NCBI RefSeq assembly: GCF_001194135.2
Contig: NC_068991.1
Span: forward strand, 23,060,694-23,124,693
Source of the DNA: Octopus bimaculoides
Taxonomy: Eukaryota
DNA length: 64,000 nt
Reading direction: 5' to 3'
Positions 38,820-51,600 of the stretch are shown here, piece by piece. The translations under genes and the position numbers were made by a program. Position 1 is the stretch's first letter; every line of letters starts with the position of its first letter. Under the pieces are notes generated by a model. That model saw nothing but the letters and a program-made list of their open reading frames with translations. It was not told where the DNA came from and did no database searches.

Positions 38820-41731
38820 ACACACTTCTATAACAGATTTCAGAGGAAATAATAATGGGATACTTGGTAGATCTGTTCAGTCTTACTGTCATGGAAAAAC
38901 TGACAGTAACCTCATGATGGCAGTAGTAATACAATCCATACACTGTTTCACTGAATTGTAATTTTTTTTTAATGGCTTAATGAGGAGTCTCAGTGATTAA
39001 AGGGGGAAGTTATCTTCACACTGGAGGCCTGGCCTGAATGCTTGCAGCAAAGAGGGTTTTGCTAAAGGCACCCAAGAGCCATGTGAAGGACTTCTACACA
39101 GCTAAATTTCATTCACGGCCAAAGCTATGATAGGAAACACTTGTCCAAGCTGTTGTGAAATGAACTTAAGTACATAACCATATCTATAGCTAGACAATAT
39201 GAAAAGAACATCACTTTAGTAATGTTTTATTACCTCAATGATGGGCATAATCGTCTTGAGCCTGAGTTTTGAAAGAACCTTTACATTACATGCCGTACTC
39301 AATGTTTTACATTTTCAGGCAGTGATGATATTTAAAATGTACAATTTACAAAAACAAAAGTATACACTGTTAGACAATCATGTACACATTTTTATGTCTA
39401 TTTTAGCAATTTAACATGAAATGGTAACGTGATTTCAATTGCCTTTTCATGCCTTTAACCTTTTAGCATTTAAACTGTCCGTATCTAGTCCAAATATTCT
39501 CTCTGCTATATGTGTAAACTGGCTAGATCAAGCCTCCCATACATACTCTACAATTTCATTCTAAAAATATACAATCACACTGAAATCTTGAAGCTATGAG
39601 ATAATGCAGGATTAATTCAAAACAATGTGAATAAAAAAGCAGTTCATTTAACAGAATAATGTGAATGCTAAAGGATTAAGTATTTTTCTTTTTTGTTATC
39701 TTTCAATTCTTAGCATGAAATTATATTGGGTAATCCCATAAATAATGCAGTCTTTTCAATTGCATAAACCAAAAGTCGGAGGAGCACAGGATAAACTACC
39801 TGCATCAACTTGTTATAAAAGCAGGTAGTAATTTTAACTTGTCCTTATTCTTAGTGCAAGTTTTGAAGAGTGCAGTTCGATTTTAACAGTTTTTTTTTTT
39901 CAAAGCTATAACAGAAACGACAAAGGAGTATATTTGGCATATTTTGCTTTAGTTGTTCAATAAATGCAACAACACAATGGAACGTGCAAGGAATATTAAT
40001 GCAGTATATGGAGATTGAACAGTAAGCATAAGCCAGTGTCAACCTTGGTTCCAGAAATTCTGAGCCAGAAACTACTGCCTGGAAGATCTGTAGAGCTTGA
40101 CGAGGACATCTTGCAAACCCTGGTGGTACAAAATCCCATTGAAACTGTTAAGGAACTAACAGAGAAGCTTGGGTCTGGTCATTCAAGTCAGCACTAAAAG
40201 AAAAATGACCATCTTTGGTTTCAATACGAAAGGTGTTCTTCCATCAGGATAATGCTTGGCTACATAAGCAAGGATGACATTCCAAAAGCTGAAGCAGTTT
40301 GAATGGGAAACTATGCCCCACCCACCATATTTGCTGGACTCTGCAGTCTTCAAAATCATTTGGATGGAAAAAATATGAATTCTGTAGATGAGGTCAGAAC
40401 AGTATTGGAGGAGTATTTTTCGTGACGGATAAGTGAATTTTGAAAGAAGGGTTTTGCAAGTCAACCAGGGAGATGAAAGAGCTTTGTAGAAAATGAAGGA
40501 GAGTATATTTTAGATTAAAAAAGTTTATCTTAATTTTGAAAAATAAAAGAAGTAAACAAAAAAAAAAACTGCATTATTTATTGGATGACCCAATATTATT
40601 GCTGTAGAACCATTTGAAATCAGTTCACTCCTACGGCTAAGTTTCAAGATTGTTTTTTTTACTTCTCTTGGGAAGATTGACTAAATATATTGTTTGTTTG
40701 CAGGAATTTGCAAAATCTATGAAGAACATCTGAAGAGGATGAACCCAGCTTGTCCTTCCATCACATATGATATTAGTCAGTTGTTTGATTTTATTGATGA
40801 ACTCACTGATCTGTCATGTCTTGTGTAAGTACTTTACTTCCAAACTTCATATTGCCTTTTATAGTATAGATATACACACACACATTATACATACAGGTGG
40901 CCCAGTGGTTAGGGCAGCGGACTCGTGGTCATAGGATCGCGGTTTCGATTCCCAGACCGGGCATTGTAAGTGTTTATTGAGCGAAAACACCTAAAGCTCC
41001 ACGAGGCTCCAGCAGGGGATGGTGGTGAACCCTGCTGTACGCTTTCACAACTTTCTCTCACTCTTACTTCCTGTTTCTGTTGTGCCTGTAATTCAAAGGG
41101 TCAGCCTTGTCACACTGAATATCTCTGAGAACTACGTTAAGGGTACACTTGTCTGTGGAGTGCTCAGCCACTTGCACGTTAATTTCACGAGCAAGCTGTT
41201 CTGTTGATCGGATCAACAGGAACCCACGACATCGTAAGCGACGGAGTGTCAACAAAAATTAAAAAATTTACACACACACAAACCTACAGCCTCTGCCCTA
41301 CAGTTTTTAAACTGCCTTTGGATAATGTAGCGCAAGGTATACTGGCCCAGAGGTAAAAAAATAGGAGTCACAGCAGTATGCTCTTCTCGATCAGGACTCA
41401 CCTGGAGTTAAATAAGCATATTCATTGCTAATTCTATAAAACAATTATGAAGTTTTTGTTAACATGTCTCTTTTATGTCTGACTATTATCACACTTTGTT
41501 TAATTGCAAAGGATTTTGACTACAGGTGATTCTTTTAAAGAAATAGTGAATTTTATTTGGGATTTTAAAAATAAAAGTTAACAAAATTTTCTTCTTACAA
41601 AACCTAAAAGGTTAAATTTTTCTTCTTTCATCAGATTCCAAAAATCTACTGGGACTTATGTTCCACACAACAAAGAGTGGATGAAGGAGAAAATCTATAT
41701 AATGCTGCGGAAACAAGCTGGATCAGGTTAA
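30835..41731 (+). CDS. ERH: Enhancer of rudimentary homolog, 4 coding exons, 102 aa
   Basis: Exons 30835-30837 (ATG only, followed by GTTTGT; inferred), 37960-38047, 40704-40824, 41635-41731. 309 nt. [102 protein letters not shown] is a typical ERH sequence. Confidence 0.95.
32322..32691 (-). mobile_element. SINE family A copy
   Basis: High similarity to 29432-29797. Confidence 0.85.
33480..35170 (-). mobile_element. Degenerate RTE-clade LINE remnant in ERH intron 1
   Basis: Pyrimidine-rich plus strand. Related to the RTE pieces elsewhere in the window (endonuclease to RT C-terminus), with no intact ORF. Confidence 0.55.
35313..35748 (-). mobile_element. SINE family A copy spanning an N gap
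   Basis: High similarity to 29432-29797. Confidence 0.85.
37395..37740 (-). mobile_element. tRNA-derived SINE (head X, tail Z)
   Basis: Minus strand GCTCAGTGGTTAGAAC...GAGTTTGAATCCC...GTGTTCTTGAGCAAGACACTTTATTTCACG. A related copy lies at ~2230-2470. Confidence 0.75.
39459..39675. mobile_element. piggyBac-like MITE
   Basis: TTAA on both sides; imperfect TIRs CCTTTTAGCATTT and GAATGCTAAAGGA. A related partial copy lies at ~22755-22940. Confidence 0.5.
39726..40593 (+). mobile_element. Internally deleted mariner remnant in ERH intron 2
   Basis: TIRs TTGGGTAATCCCATAAATAATGCAGT and ACTGCATTATTTATTGGATGACCCAA, flanked by TA. Fragments [37 protein letters not shown]. Confidence 0.85.
40896..41255 (+). 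mobile_element. tRNA-derived SINE (head W, tail Y)
   Basis: TGGCCCAGTGGTTAGG...GGTTTCGATTCCC; 3' half ACTACGTTAAGGGTAC...ACGTTAATTTCAC...GACGGAGTG shared with 3832-4152. Confidence 0.75.
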
Positions 41732-43632
41732 AGCAAGCAGAACCACACTATCTCTGTTCATTTTTATTTCATCATTTTTTTTTTTTTTTTTTTGAACAAA
41801 TGAAAAAAAATTATTCTGCAGTTAGGCAACTATTTAACATTTAGATACCTTTGTCATATTGACCATTTTTCATATCTTAGCTATGTCATATTTTTATGAT
41901 AACTAACATCTCAAATATCATGTTAATTCATGGCTTTGATTGGTTCTATGAAAGTCAGGCCTCATATAAAAGAAAACTTTGATATTGAGAGATATTTGCC
42001 TCTTTTGGAATTAAATAGCAAATAAATATTTTTTAATAAGACTAAAATATATTGCTATGGTGAAGCTATCCAGCAGAAATCTCAGCAATGCGTGGCAAAT
42101 ATCCTTAATATTGTTATAAGGTGTGTATCAGTTTGTGGAATTTTTGACATCCATCTGGAAATATTTTGTAAACAGTCTGTTCCCATCTCTTACATTTCAT
42201 GTTTCCATAACAATGGATGATTATTTTAAATTTACAGAAAACTCATGTTTCAAAAATATCTGAATAAAAGTATTTCTAAAATATTTTGTGATCACTTGTC
42301 TCATTAAATACTTTCCCATATAACAGAACTGCAATTGTACATAGAATCATTTTAGTACCTCAAAAATCATGTAGTAGTTACACAAGAAAGCAAAACTAGC
42401 CATGGTATGTGTTGAGCTAAAAACAAGAGATGGAATGGAGGAAGGTTAAATATTAAGATTTTGATGACAACTTCAAAAGTTAGAACTTTGGTAAGGAGTA
42501 TACTGGAAGATACTATCACACTCCAAGTGAAGACTTGGAGTGAGATGGTTTACTAAAGCTTGCTCTGAGGTCCACTTGTGCAACAATATAGAATAATTTG
42601 CATGAAAGTGTAGCAATAGTGAAAAATTAATATTAGTCTATTTTGGTAAAGCAGTGTTGGAATGTTTAGAAAGATGCTTTATTTGCAGACTTGTTTGAAC
42701 AATAGAGGAGGGTAACACTGGTAGAGAATCATACTTAAAACAAAACTCATCAACTTCGTTACACTTGTATAGTTAAAACAGCTTTTCTGTCTGACATGCA
42801 AAACTCAGTGAACCCTTAAATGTGTTTTAGTAAAAAAACATTTTATTTATGCTTGAAAATAAAAGGAAACTTAAAAACATAATCAAGTTTGTGACATTCC
42901 AAAAAAAGCATTTAACTTCCAATAGAAAATAACCAGAACATTTTAAAACTAATGGATGAAATGAATATTTAAAAAAAAAATTAACATTTAACAATCTTAA
43001 GTTTGGGAAAGAATTTTAAAGAAAAACAATTATTAGAATTGTAAGTTAAAAATTGTCAAAGAACAATTATATAGTTAATAATGTTGCATATTTAAAAATT
43101 CTTTATTTCATCAAATAACTTAGTTCTTTTAACCAGAGGTTAATAACATAAAGAAAGACAAATCAGGGGAAATACAGTGTACAGATCAGATCAGATTGTT
43201 TGTTAATATAAGAAATCCCTTAATAATTGTGTTCTATGGAAAGAGGGGTAAGTTTTAACTCTTTTGTCACCATATTTCTGTTAGCATATACTTCCTTTGC
43301 TTCAATTTTTTTGACAGAAGGTTTTAATTTAGATCACATTAAAAGAGGAAGTTCATATTTTTGCAACTACAGGCGATGTCATGAGAGTAGGTATCAAAAG
43401 AGTGAATCTTAAATTTTCAGCAAAAATGCCAATAGGTATCAAAAGGGCTAAACAATCTTAAGTTTTCAGCAAAAATGCTAGTACTCTGAGTTTCATGTTG
43501 CTCCTCCTTCGGCTGACAATCTAAGCCGCCTGTTGTCTCTCAAATCATCAGATTTTTTAAAAAATAAATTTTCATTTATGAAAGCATACCAGAAAAATGA
43601 TTATCATGATATTTTACAGAACTGTATTTATA

Positions 43633-43677
<45 letters not shown>

Positions 43678-43919
43678 TCACACGTGTGTGTGTGTNNNNN
43701 NNNNNTGTGTGTGTGTGTGTGTGTATGTATGTATATATATATATATATATATATATTCACACGTGTGTGTGTGTTTATAAATACTTTTCTGGCAGAGAAA
43801 TAGATTGAGGTTGTGAGGGTATGTAACAATTATTAAGCTAAGGCTAGTTACAGCCAATAAACTAGCAAATAACTTCTGCCTGTGTACCACAGCAAGGACT
43901 GGCAGATAAATAAACCATT

Positions 43920-44430
43920 TCTATGAGGTACTCTTGAAGATGACCTATTAATAGTGGCTTGGGATTTCAATAGCCATGTTGAACAACACAAGGATGGGTA
44001 TGAAAATGTATATTGGAGCTATGGCTGTAGCAAAAGGAATAAAGAAGGGTCCAAATTGGTTTAGCTTTCGAGAAGTGCTTCAACATTTTTGCAATACAAA
44101 TTTTAAAAGGTCAGCCTACCACTCAAGCAAATATGCAAGCTAGAAAGACTTTATACTTAACAGAAAACAAGACGGGCAATTGGCTGTGAATACTTTTTTC
44201 CTAAGTGAAGACTGTATTATATAGCATAGAATAATGACCTCGACATAAGGACTAGATGAACTTAAAGATAGAAAACCCAACAAGAAAAAGGTGTTGAAAC
44301 TGAAAGATTTTTTGCCTTATGTAAGTTCAAAGTAGGACCAAGCAATGCCTATGATGAGGAGATACAGGATTGACATGAGACAAGACAACCTGCTAAGAGC
44401 AACAATCAGAGAGTGACATAATGGTGGAAT
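43920..44430 (+). mobile_element. RTE-clade endonuclease remnant
   Basis: LLIVAWDFNSHVE...GYENVYWSYG...RNKEG-like translation. Confidence 0.6.
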
Positions 44431-45639
44431 TGTATACCGTCATCAGATAAAAAAAACAGGTCTGGAAAAGTGAGCAGTTGGTGGTGGAGTCGAGGTTAAT
44501 GTCAGATATACCTAGCAAGGGAAAAAGCTGGAAGAAGTTTGCCTATGTTCTAGATTACAAAATAGTGGATCATATATCATCTCTGTTTATAGTTTTATTT
44601 GTTTGCATTGGCTGTGTGGTTAAGAAGCTAACTTTACAACCACATGGCTTCATGCTCAGTCCCATTGCATGTCACCTTGGGAAAATGTCTACTACTATAG
44701 ACCTGAGCTAACCAATGCCTTGTGAGTGAATTTGGTTGACAGAAACTGTGTGAAAACTTGCCATGTATATGTGTGCCCAATTCATCTCTTGACAACCAGT
44801 ATTGGTTTATTTACACCCCCATAACTTAGTGGTTTGGTAAAAGAGACCAACAGAATAGGTACCAAACTTAAGAGTCAGTACTGGGGTTTATTTGTTCAAC
44901 TAAACCTGTTAAGGCAATGACTGAAACAATAAAAAATAGAGATAACTATTTATCAATACATCTTGTAAATATATATAATGTGTTGCAAGAAGTCTGCATT
45001 TGCTCATGTAGCAGTTTAAAATATGCTCTCACATATGTAGTTCTTGCAGTTAGTGTACTTGTTTACTGTTCTATTTTTAAAACCTCCAGCTCCCCATCAC
45101 CTCTAAAAATTAGCCTGATGCACTTGTTTACATCCTTTCTGTAGACATGTTTTTTTTTTTTTATATATATATATTCTAACCACTCCTTTAAAACTGTAGA
45201 CTTTTCCTTCACATTTTTTAGTTCTGACAGCTCACTGACTCTCTCTCCTCTTCCTGCCCAGCTTGTTGGTCTGTATTTGCTTCTTTTGTCCTGTTTTCCT
45301 AGTTATCTCCCACTTAACTGACATAGGTCATGCTCCGAAATTTGACCCCTCTTTTACTTCCATCCATGTCAGCCAGCTCACACTGACTTTTACTCCTCTT
45401 CACCTACATCTACCCATCCATCACTTTTTTCCATTTCTCATTTAACAATTTTGTCTTTGGAGACTATGTTTTAATAAACATAGTATCTTTCTAAAGGACA
45501 AGTGTTTGAAATGTTGGATTTTTAAAATCTCTAACAACAAATCAATGTACTATAATTTATTTTTCTTCTACAAAGAACAGAAGTTCTTAGCTAAGTGCTA
45601 GCCACTATACCTACCATACATTAACATGGAAGCCTTTAA

Positions 45640-46680
45640 CAAAGTATCTCACTTTGTAGTCTGGTGATCACTAACTCAGTGTAGATAAATGGTTTGCAAA
45701 GGCTGCGGAAGACAAGCAGTGTTGCTGTTAGCAAGGTAAGAATTGGCAATGAGTTCACTAAGGGATTTAGTGTGCAGATTGGGGTTCTCCAAAGCTTGGT
45801 TCTCATCTTTCTTCTGTTTATTATTGTTCCCTCTGCTGTAATAAAGGAGTATAGGACCAGCTGTACCTGGAAACTAAACTCCTGCATGCTAACAACCTAG
45901 TTTTAATAGCCTAATCATTTAAAGAATTACAGGAAAAGTTCCAAACATGGAAGCAGGGCTTAGAACCAAGAGGTTTAAAATGTAAACCTAGGAAAGACAA
46001 CGTTTCAGTTAACAAGATAGAACATGTAACTCATCTGGAAAATGGCCATGCTCAATATACACCAAAAGAACAGGTAGAAATTCTATATACTGACAATCAA
46101 TGTAAACTATAGATACAAAAGTCACAGCAAGTTCACAGAGAAGTAATATGCAGCAGATGTACAGCAGTAAGATCACTCATGACATGAATTATTTCAACTG
46201 TAGAGGTTTGCAAGAAGTAGTTGATAGCTTCTTTTACTTAGGTAGTGAAGGTATGTAAAGCAAAAATGTAACAGCCAGAGTAAGGATGAGAGGGAAAAAA
46301 AATTAAGGAAACTATTATCTCTGCTGACAATAAAAGGTTTCTTTCTTCATGTGAGGAACAGATTTTATGGCGAATGTCCGTGAAATGTGGTAGTAAAACA
46401 TGAGCACTAGATGCAAAGGATGTGTGGGGATTAGAAAGAAATGAAATGAGCATGCTCCACTGAATACATTGTTAGCATATATGAATGATAGAGTACAAAT
46501 GAGCAATGTCCAAGAGAGAAAGAAGATTGTAGTAGTATGGAGATGCGATGTATATGAAGAATGTGAGTTTAATGACGTCCCTAATGATCCAAGTAGAAAG
46601 AGCCTGCAGGAGATAAAGGCTAAAGCAAATGTAGGAAGACATGTTGAAAGCTAATTTGAGAATGTTAACCCACATAGAGA
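45640..46680 (+). mobile_element. RTE-clade RT remnant
   Basis: VRIGNEFTKGFSVQIGVLQS (GVHQGS-like) and downstream decayed RT sequence. Confidence 0.6.
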
Positions 46681-48468
46681 TGACAGGAATTACAAGTAAT
46701 GAGATGCTGGCGACTATCTGTCCAAATGATGCCAGTACGAGAAAATGAATATAAAATAATAATGATTGTCATCATCATCTTCATTGCAATATCCACTTCT
46801 CCATGTTTGCATGGGTCAGATGGAATTCATTGAGGCAGATGTCTTTCTTATTGCTAACCCATACTTGTTTAAAAGCAGGGTAATTTTTATCCCACAACTA
46901 GATATGTTTTCATGAAAGATGGGAAACAAGTAACACTGCTTGTATGACAGTGACACTTGCTTACAACTATTCCATAATATCAAGGCAAAGAGGCACAAAC
47001 ACACATACATACATTCATATATGACAGGATTCTTTCAATCAAATCCACTTGCAAAGCTATGGTTGGCCTAGGGTTATAGTAAAAGACACTTGCCCAAGGT
47101 ACCATGCAGCAGGACTGAACCTGAAAGCATATGACTGGGTTCAGTTCCACTACACTTGATTTATACATGTAAAAAGAAAAAATTAACTTGTGTGCTCAGC
47201 TCAATTCTTCTTCAACTGTCATGTACTAAGGGATGGGTGCTACCAAGCAAGCAATGGTATAGACACTACAAAATGAAATCTTCAATTGGTGCTCCTCTAA
47301 CAAGCTAAAGGGCATGGAAACATTTACTTCTGTTTACAGTAGTACTGAGTAAATGAGAGAGCAATCTCCTTTTACTCACAATAAGGTTTCAAATTACCAC
47401 CTCTTAGATCTGGAGTTCATATCAACTGATGGATGTTTCTGTGTGTGTCAGTTTAGACAATTTTACATGACTCACTTTATATGACTAATGAAGAGCCACA
47501 GAAACTAGACAGAAATGTTATGAAAGAGTCATCTCATCCAGGAGTTGACTAATCTTCAATCTGGTCAATGAATTATGAGATGAACTTGGATATATGTATG
47601 CTTGTATCCTTTCAAGTGCAAAAAAACAAACAAACTGTAATTTGGTATTTCAAAGTGTCCTTTTAAAACATTGCTTCAAATTTATGTGAAGATTTTAAGA
47701 CATATTCTTATGGCTTTTCATGGGTAAAACATTGGACACATTGATAGAGTACTTTTACTTCCCTCTTAGCTAACATTAATTTAACACAAGTTAACGTAAC
47801 AGGCTTCCAATGGGGACTGAAACCATATAACATACACGTGTGTTTACTTCTTGCTCTACAATATTTACCACTGTTTTTTAATGGGAATTTTATGATCATT
47901 TTATGAAGTCACTATAAAATACAACTCTCACCTTGCAATAATTGAACAATGAGTAAAAAATAAACACATCAAAGACCATGACTGGATGAATACCATTTTG
48001 TTATAATGAAGAACTAATAAATCATGGAAGGAAGTTGATTGCAAAGGAAATCAAATTGAGCTTTTTTTGTGCGAGTGTGTTGTCCATATCTCAATTGGCA
48101 TATTCCCTATTATCTTCAGATACCCTGTTTCTACATATACACATTTTCTTTGACTGGTTTTGAACTCATTTAAAATCTAGTCAGAAGGTATACACATGTG
48201 CAGGGGAGGACAATAAGAGAATAGACTATGATGCTAATAACAGATACACAAAATATTTAGTTAAATAGAATGGTAAAGTCCAGCAACAACACACACACAT
48301 CAGAAGTATACATTCTTATAGTCTTTTACTGTTTTCAGTCTTTGGGCACATCAACTCCAGTACTTATTTCAGTCTGATACTTATTTTATCAATCTCTATT
48401 TATTGAAAGGTTAAATTACTGGTGCATAAGTAATCTTTTTCCTCTTTGTAATTTTTGTAACTTCTTTA

Positions 48469-48581
48469 TTGAAGTGAAAAGGAAAACTCAATACAGATGG
48501 TATAAAAAAACAAAAAGAAAAACAATTGAAGTGAAAAGGAAAACTCAATACAGATGGTATAAAAAACAAAAAGAAAACAAT
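48469..48581. repeat. Two-copy ~58-nt tandem duplication in the presumptive PIGH 3' UTR
   Basis: TTGAAGTGAAAAGGAAAACTCAATACAGATGGTATAAAAAA(A)CAAAAAGAAAACAA occurs twice. Confidence 0.85.
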
Positions 48582-48668
48582 GTCAATGTTCCTGAGAGAT
48601 TTACTAGAGTCTTGACTAGATGTTAACAGAGAAGGCAATAGTGGTGATTGATTACTTTCAGATGTTCA

Positions 48669-51600
48669 TTATGCGCCAAGGTTTGGAAATTTCGAATGAA
48701 CAGTTTTACACAATGTTTGAAGGATGCAGAGCTTGGGCCATGAATGCTGTTGCAATAATAAAGAGATCATAAAGTTAGGCTTTAGAAAGCTGAAACTAAT
48801 GAAGAGATGAGGCATACTGGTCAAAAAAAATTGTTATCCCCCCTCACCTAGTTCTTTTGGTTGACTTCTATCTTAGCTACCCTCTTTCTACTACATACAC
48901 AAACTAAGGTTTAAAATAAACAATCTAGCTTAGAATTTTACTTAACTTATGTGTATTGTATCTATCCTCCATAACTAACTCAAACATTTTAATACATTTT
49001 ACTGGGTTTTGTATTTCAGTTCAAATTCCACCAGAATTATGGTTGTGCCAAAATTAGAAGCAATCTGTTATAGATCGCTTTCTACAAACACATTGAAAAC
49101 AAAGCCATCCAGTATCTACTTGGACCCATTTGCAACTACCAAGAGCCAATTAAGGAAATTTGACATGCTAGAAATAGCACCCAAATCTCCCTCAGATCAT
49201 AGCCTTCTATTTTAAAATCATTAGATGATGTGTAATGCAGGGAAACATTCATTCCCATGTACCTGTCCTGTCATTGATATGAAGCTTTTTATAGGTTCTA
49301 TGTAATACTCTTTTGTTAAGATGTGCGACATACTAACATATACACCAAATGATTCAGTACACTAACATATTTTTGTAATATTCTAAATCTCAGTCAACTC
49401 CACACTACATCCCAGTCTTCTCACTCAGTTCTGCATTACATTCAACCATCCTCTCTTACTGCATGCAACTTTCTCAGCCTCAAATTAGACTCAATCTAAC
49501 ATTCCTAGCTTTTATTTAACTTTTACATTATACATCCAGCAGAGCAAATTCAGTTTGTTTTATTCATTTTTTTACATAAATATAAAAAATCTGATCAAAA
49601 CTTAATTAAAATCTGTCTTTGATTAGATGCATACTAAAGTTCTTGATTATAATTAGGTACTAACTGACATTGTCTGATGATTAACATCATGTCAGTAATG
49701 TGTTCATAATGAAGGCAATTTAGTTCACAGTGGCTCATTCCATTCAGCTGTATATAGGTGTTTTCGTGAAGTACAGTTTACTGCCGAAATATGAGAGCTG
49801 TATTACTTGATAATTCACATCACTAAACAAGTCCATGGAGGTAAGTATCTCCATGGGCTTGGAGAGGCCAGAAGATCAAAGAGAATCGTTCCATTTTCTA
49901 TTGAATCATTATAAAAAGTGACGTCTAAACAACTACTTAATGCTCTAACAGAATACTATGCTATGTATTCTAGTATTAGAATTACCAAAGGTTAGATTAC
50001 TTACTGTGAACAGGGGCAGTATGCCACTCCATACCTTGTTTGGCTTCTGAAGTAACAAAGCTAAATAAAAGATGATGTGGTGCTAGAAAAGAAACCAGTT
50101 GAAAATTAAGTAAAACCTACATTAGAGTGAGATCTTGAAACATAGTAACTCACTAGCATTTCTACTTTTACATATTAATTGTGATGATAGAGGTTGTGGT
50201 GATAAATGATACTAATGATAATGCTGGAAAGAAATTTAACCAACCAACCCATCAAGTCTTTTAGATATCAACCCTAACAAGACCACCTCTGGTTCTATAT
50301 AAAAAACCTCATGTTTTCAAGCATTCTTTCATACTTAAATTACAACCTTCTACCATAATTTCATATTAAGTTTAATAGTGAAAAAATTATTTTACTGTAT
50401 TCCCCTAAATTCTTGATAATTATAAGAATTAATTGAAACAAATAATGTATGTTAAAAATATGGTCATAAAAGTGTTAACATGACCAGCCACATCAAATTT
50501 TGGCAAGTTCTTTATGAGAAACGCTTATTTACTCGTCGTTATCATCCTATTGTTACTGGGTTAATATTCTGACTGGCACAAGTTGGACCAGAGGGTAGTC
50601 GCTCATCAACTCTATATGAAATTATGCTGATCACTAACTACAAAATGCCAATGGTATACACTGATGAACAGAATAGGTAATACTGAACATAGCTAATGTT
50701 TGTGCATGTTCATGTGGAATGATATCCAGCACCAGATAATGTAAATAATGCTAAACTGTGGCAGACAATGTGGAAATGTACTAACAATATATGCACTATT
50801 GCCGCCACCACCACCACAAATACGAACCCTTCCAGGTAGCATAATATCATTTGATAACCCTCTTTTCAGGCATCATGTAGTGATATGGCATTTCAACACG
50901 AAGGAGATGTGGACTCCATAAAACCTCAGCCAAGACAGTTCATCTAGGAGAGTAGCAACTCTGAATTAGAACTGATAGAGTAGCAGGGACAGACAACCTA
51001 CCTTCTGCTGATGGTACAATAAAATGCAGCCAGTCTTTGCAGTAAAATTTTACAAAAAGCAAAACACTATAACATGCACAACAGCAAAGATTCACCAGCA
51101 TAAAAAAAATAATGACAGTGATGACAATAGTATAGGTTAAGGGTTCAATTTCCAGTAGAATTAATGGTATTTTAATATTGTAAGGATGGAACATTTCCCC
51201 AACAGGATTTGAATTCAGAATCATGAAATTATAAACAAGAATAACGGTACCATAGAATATTCATTACAGCTCTTCATACTTAGCATCAAATTTCCAGTTC
51301 TCTATCATGCAATAAAACAAAAGAGATATCATCTTGCAACATCCATATTTTCAGATTGCATAAGTAGAGTAGTTCTGCAAATTCAGTCATTTACATATGA
51401 ATTATTGAAGCAAGTTACTTTTACAATTGAACACCATTACAGTGCAATGGTATAATAGCAGAAGCTATGATATTACTTGCTGTTAGGCAGGCATATGTGG
51501 TAAACAGAGTAAGCAATGTGTCTTGTTAATAAGATCAACCACAATAGACAGCTCAATATTTGAATTTCATCTGGATCTAATAAATACAACCATGAAGCAG

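Noticed and set aside
40896-40965. tRNA gene-like sequences here and at ~3840, ~29750 and ~37700
   Set aside because: A/B boxes are present but there is no complete cloverleaf, and each continues into a SINE body.
43630-43775. Duplicated microsatellite block ending TTCACACGTGTGTG on both sides of a 10-N gap
   Set aside because: Most likely an unmerged contig overlap.
47708-47899. ORF ending LYQCVQCFTHEKP as the last PIGH exon
   Set aside because: No good in-phase acceptor. Exon 48746-48669 fits phase, splice signals and homology better.
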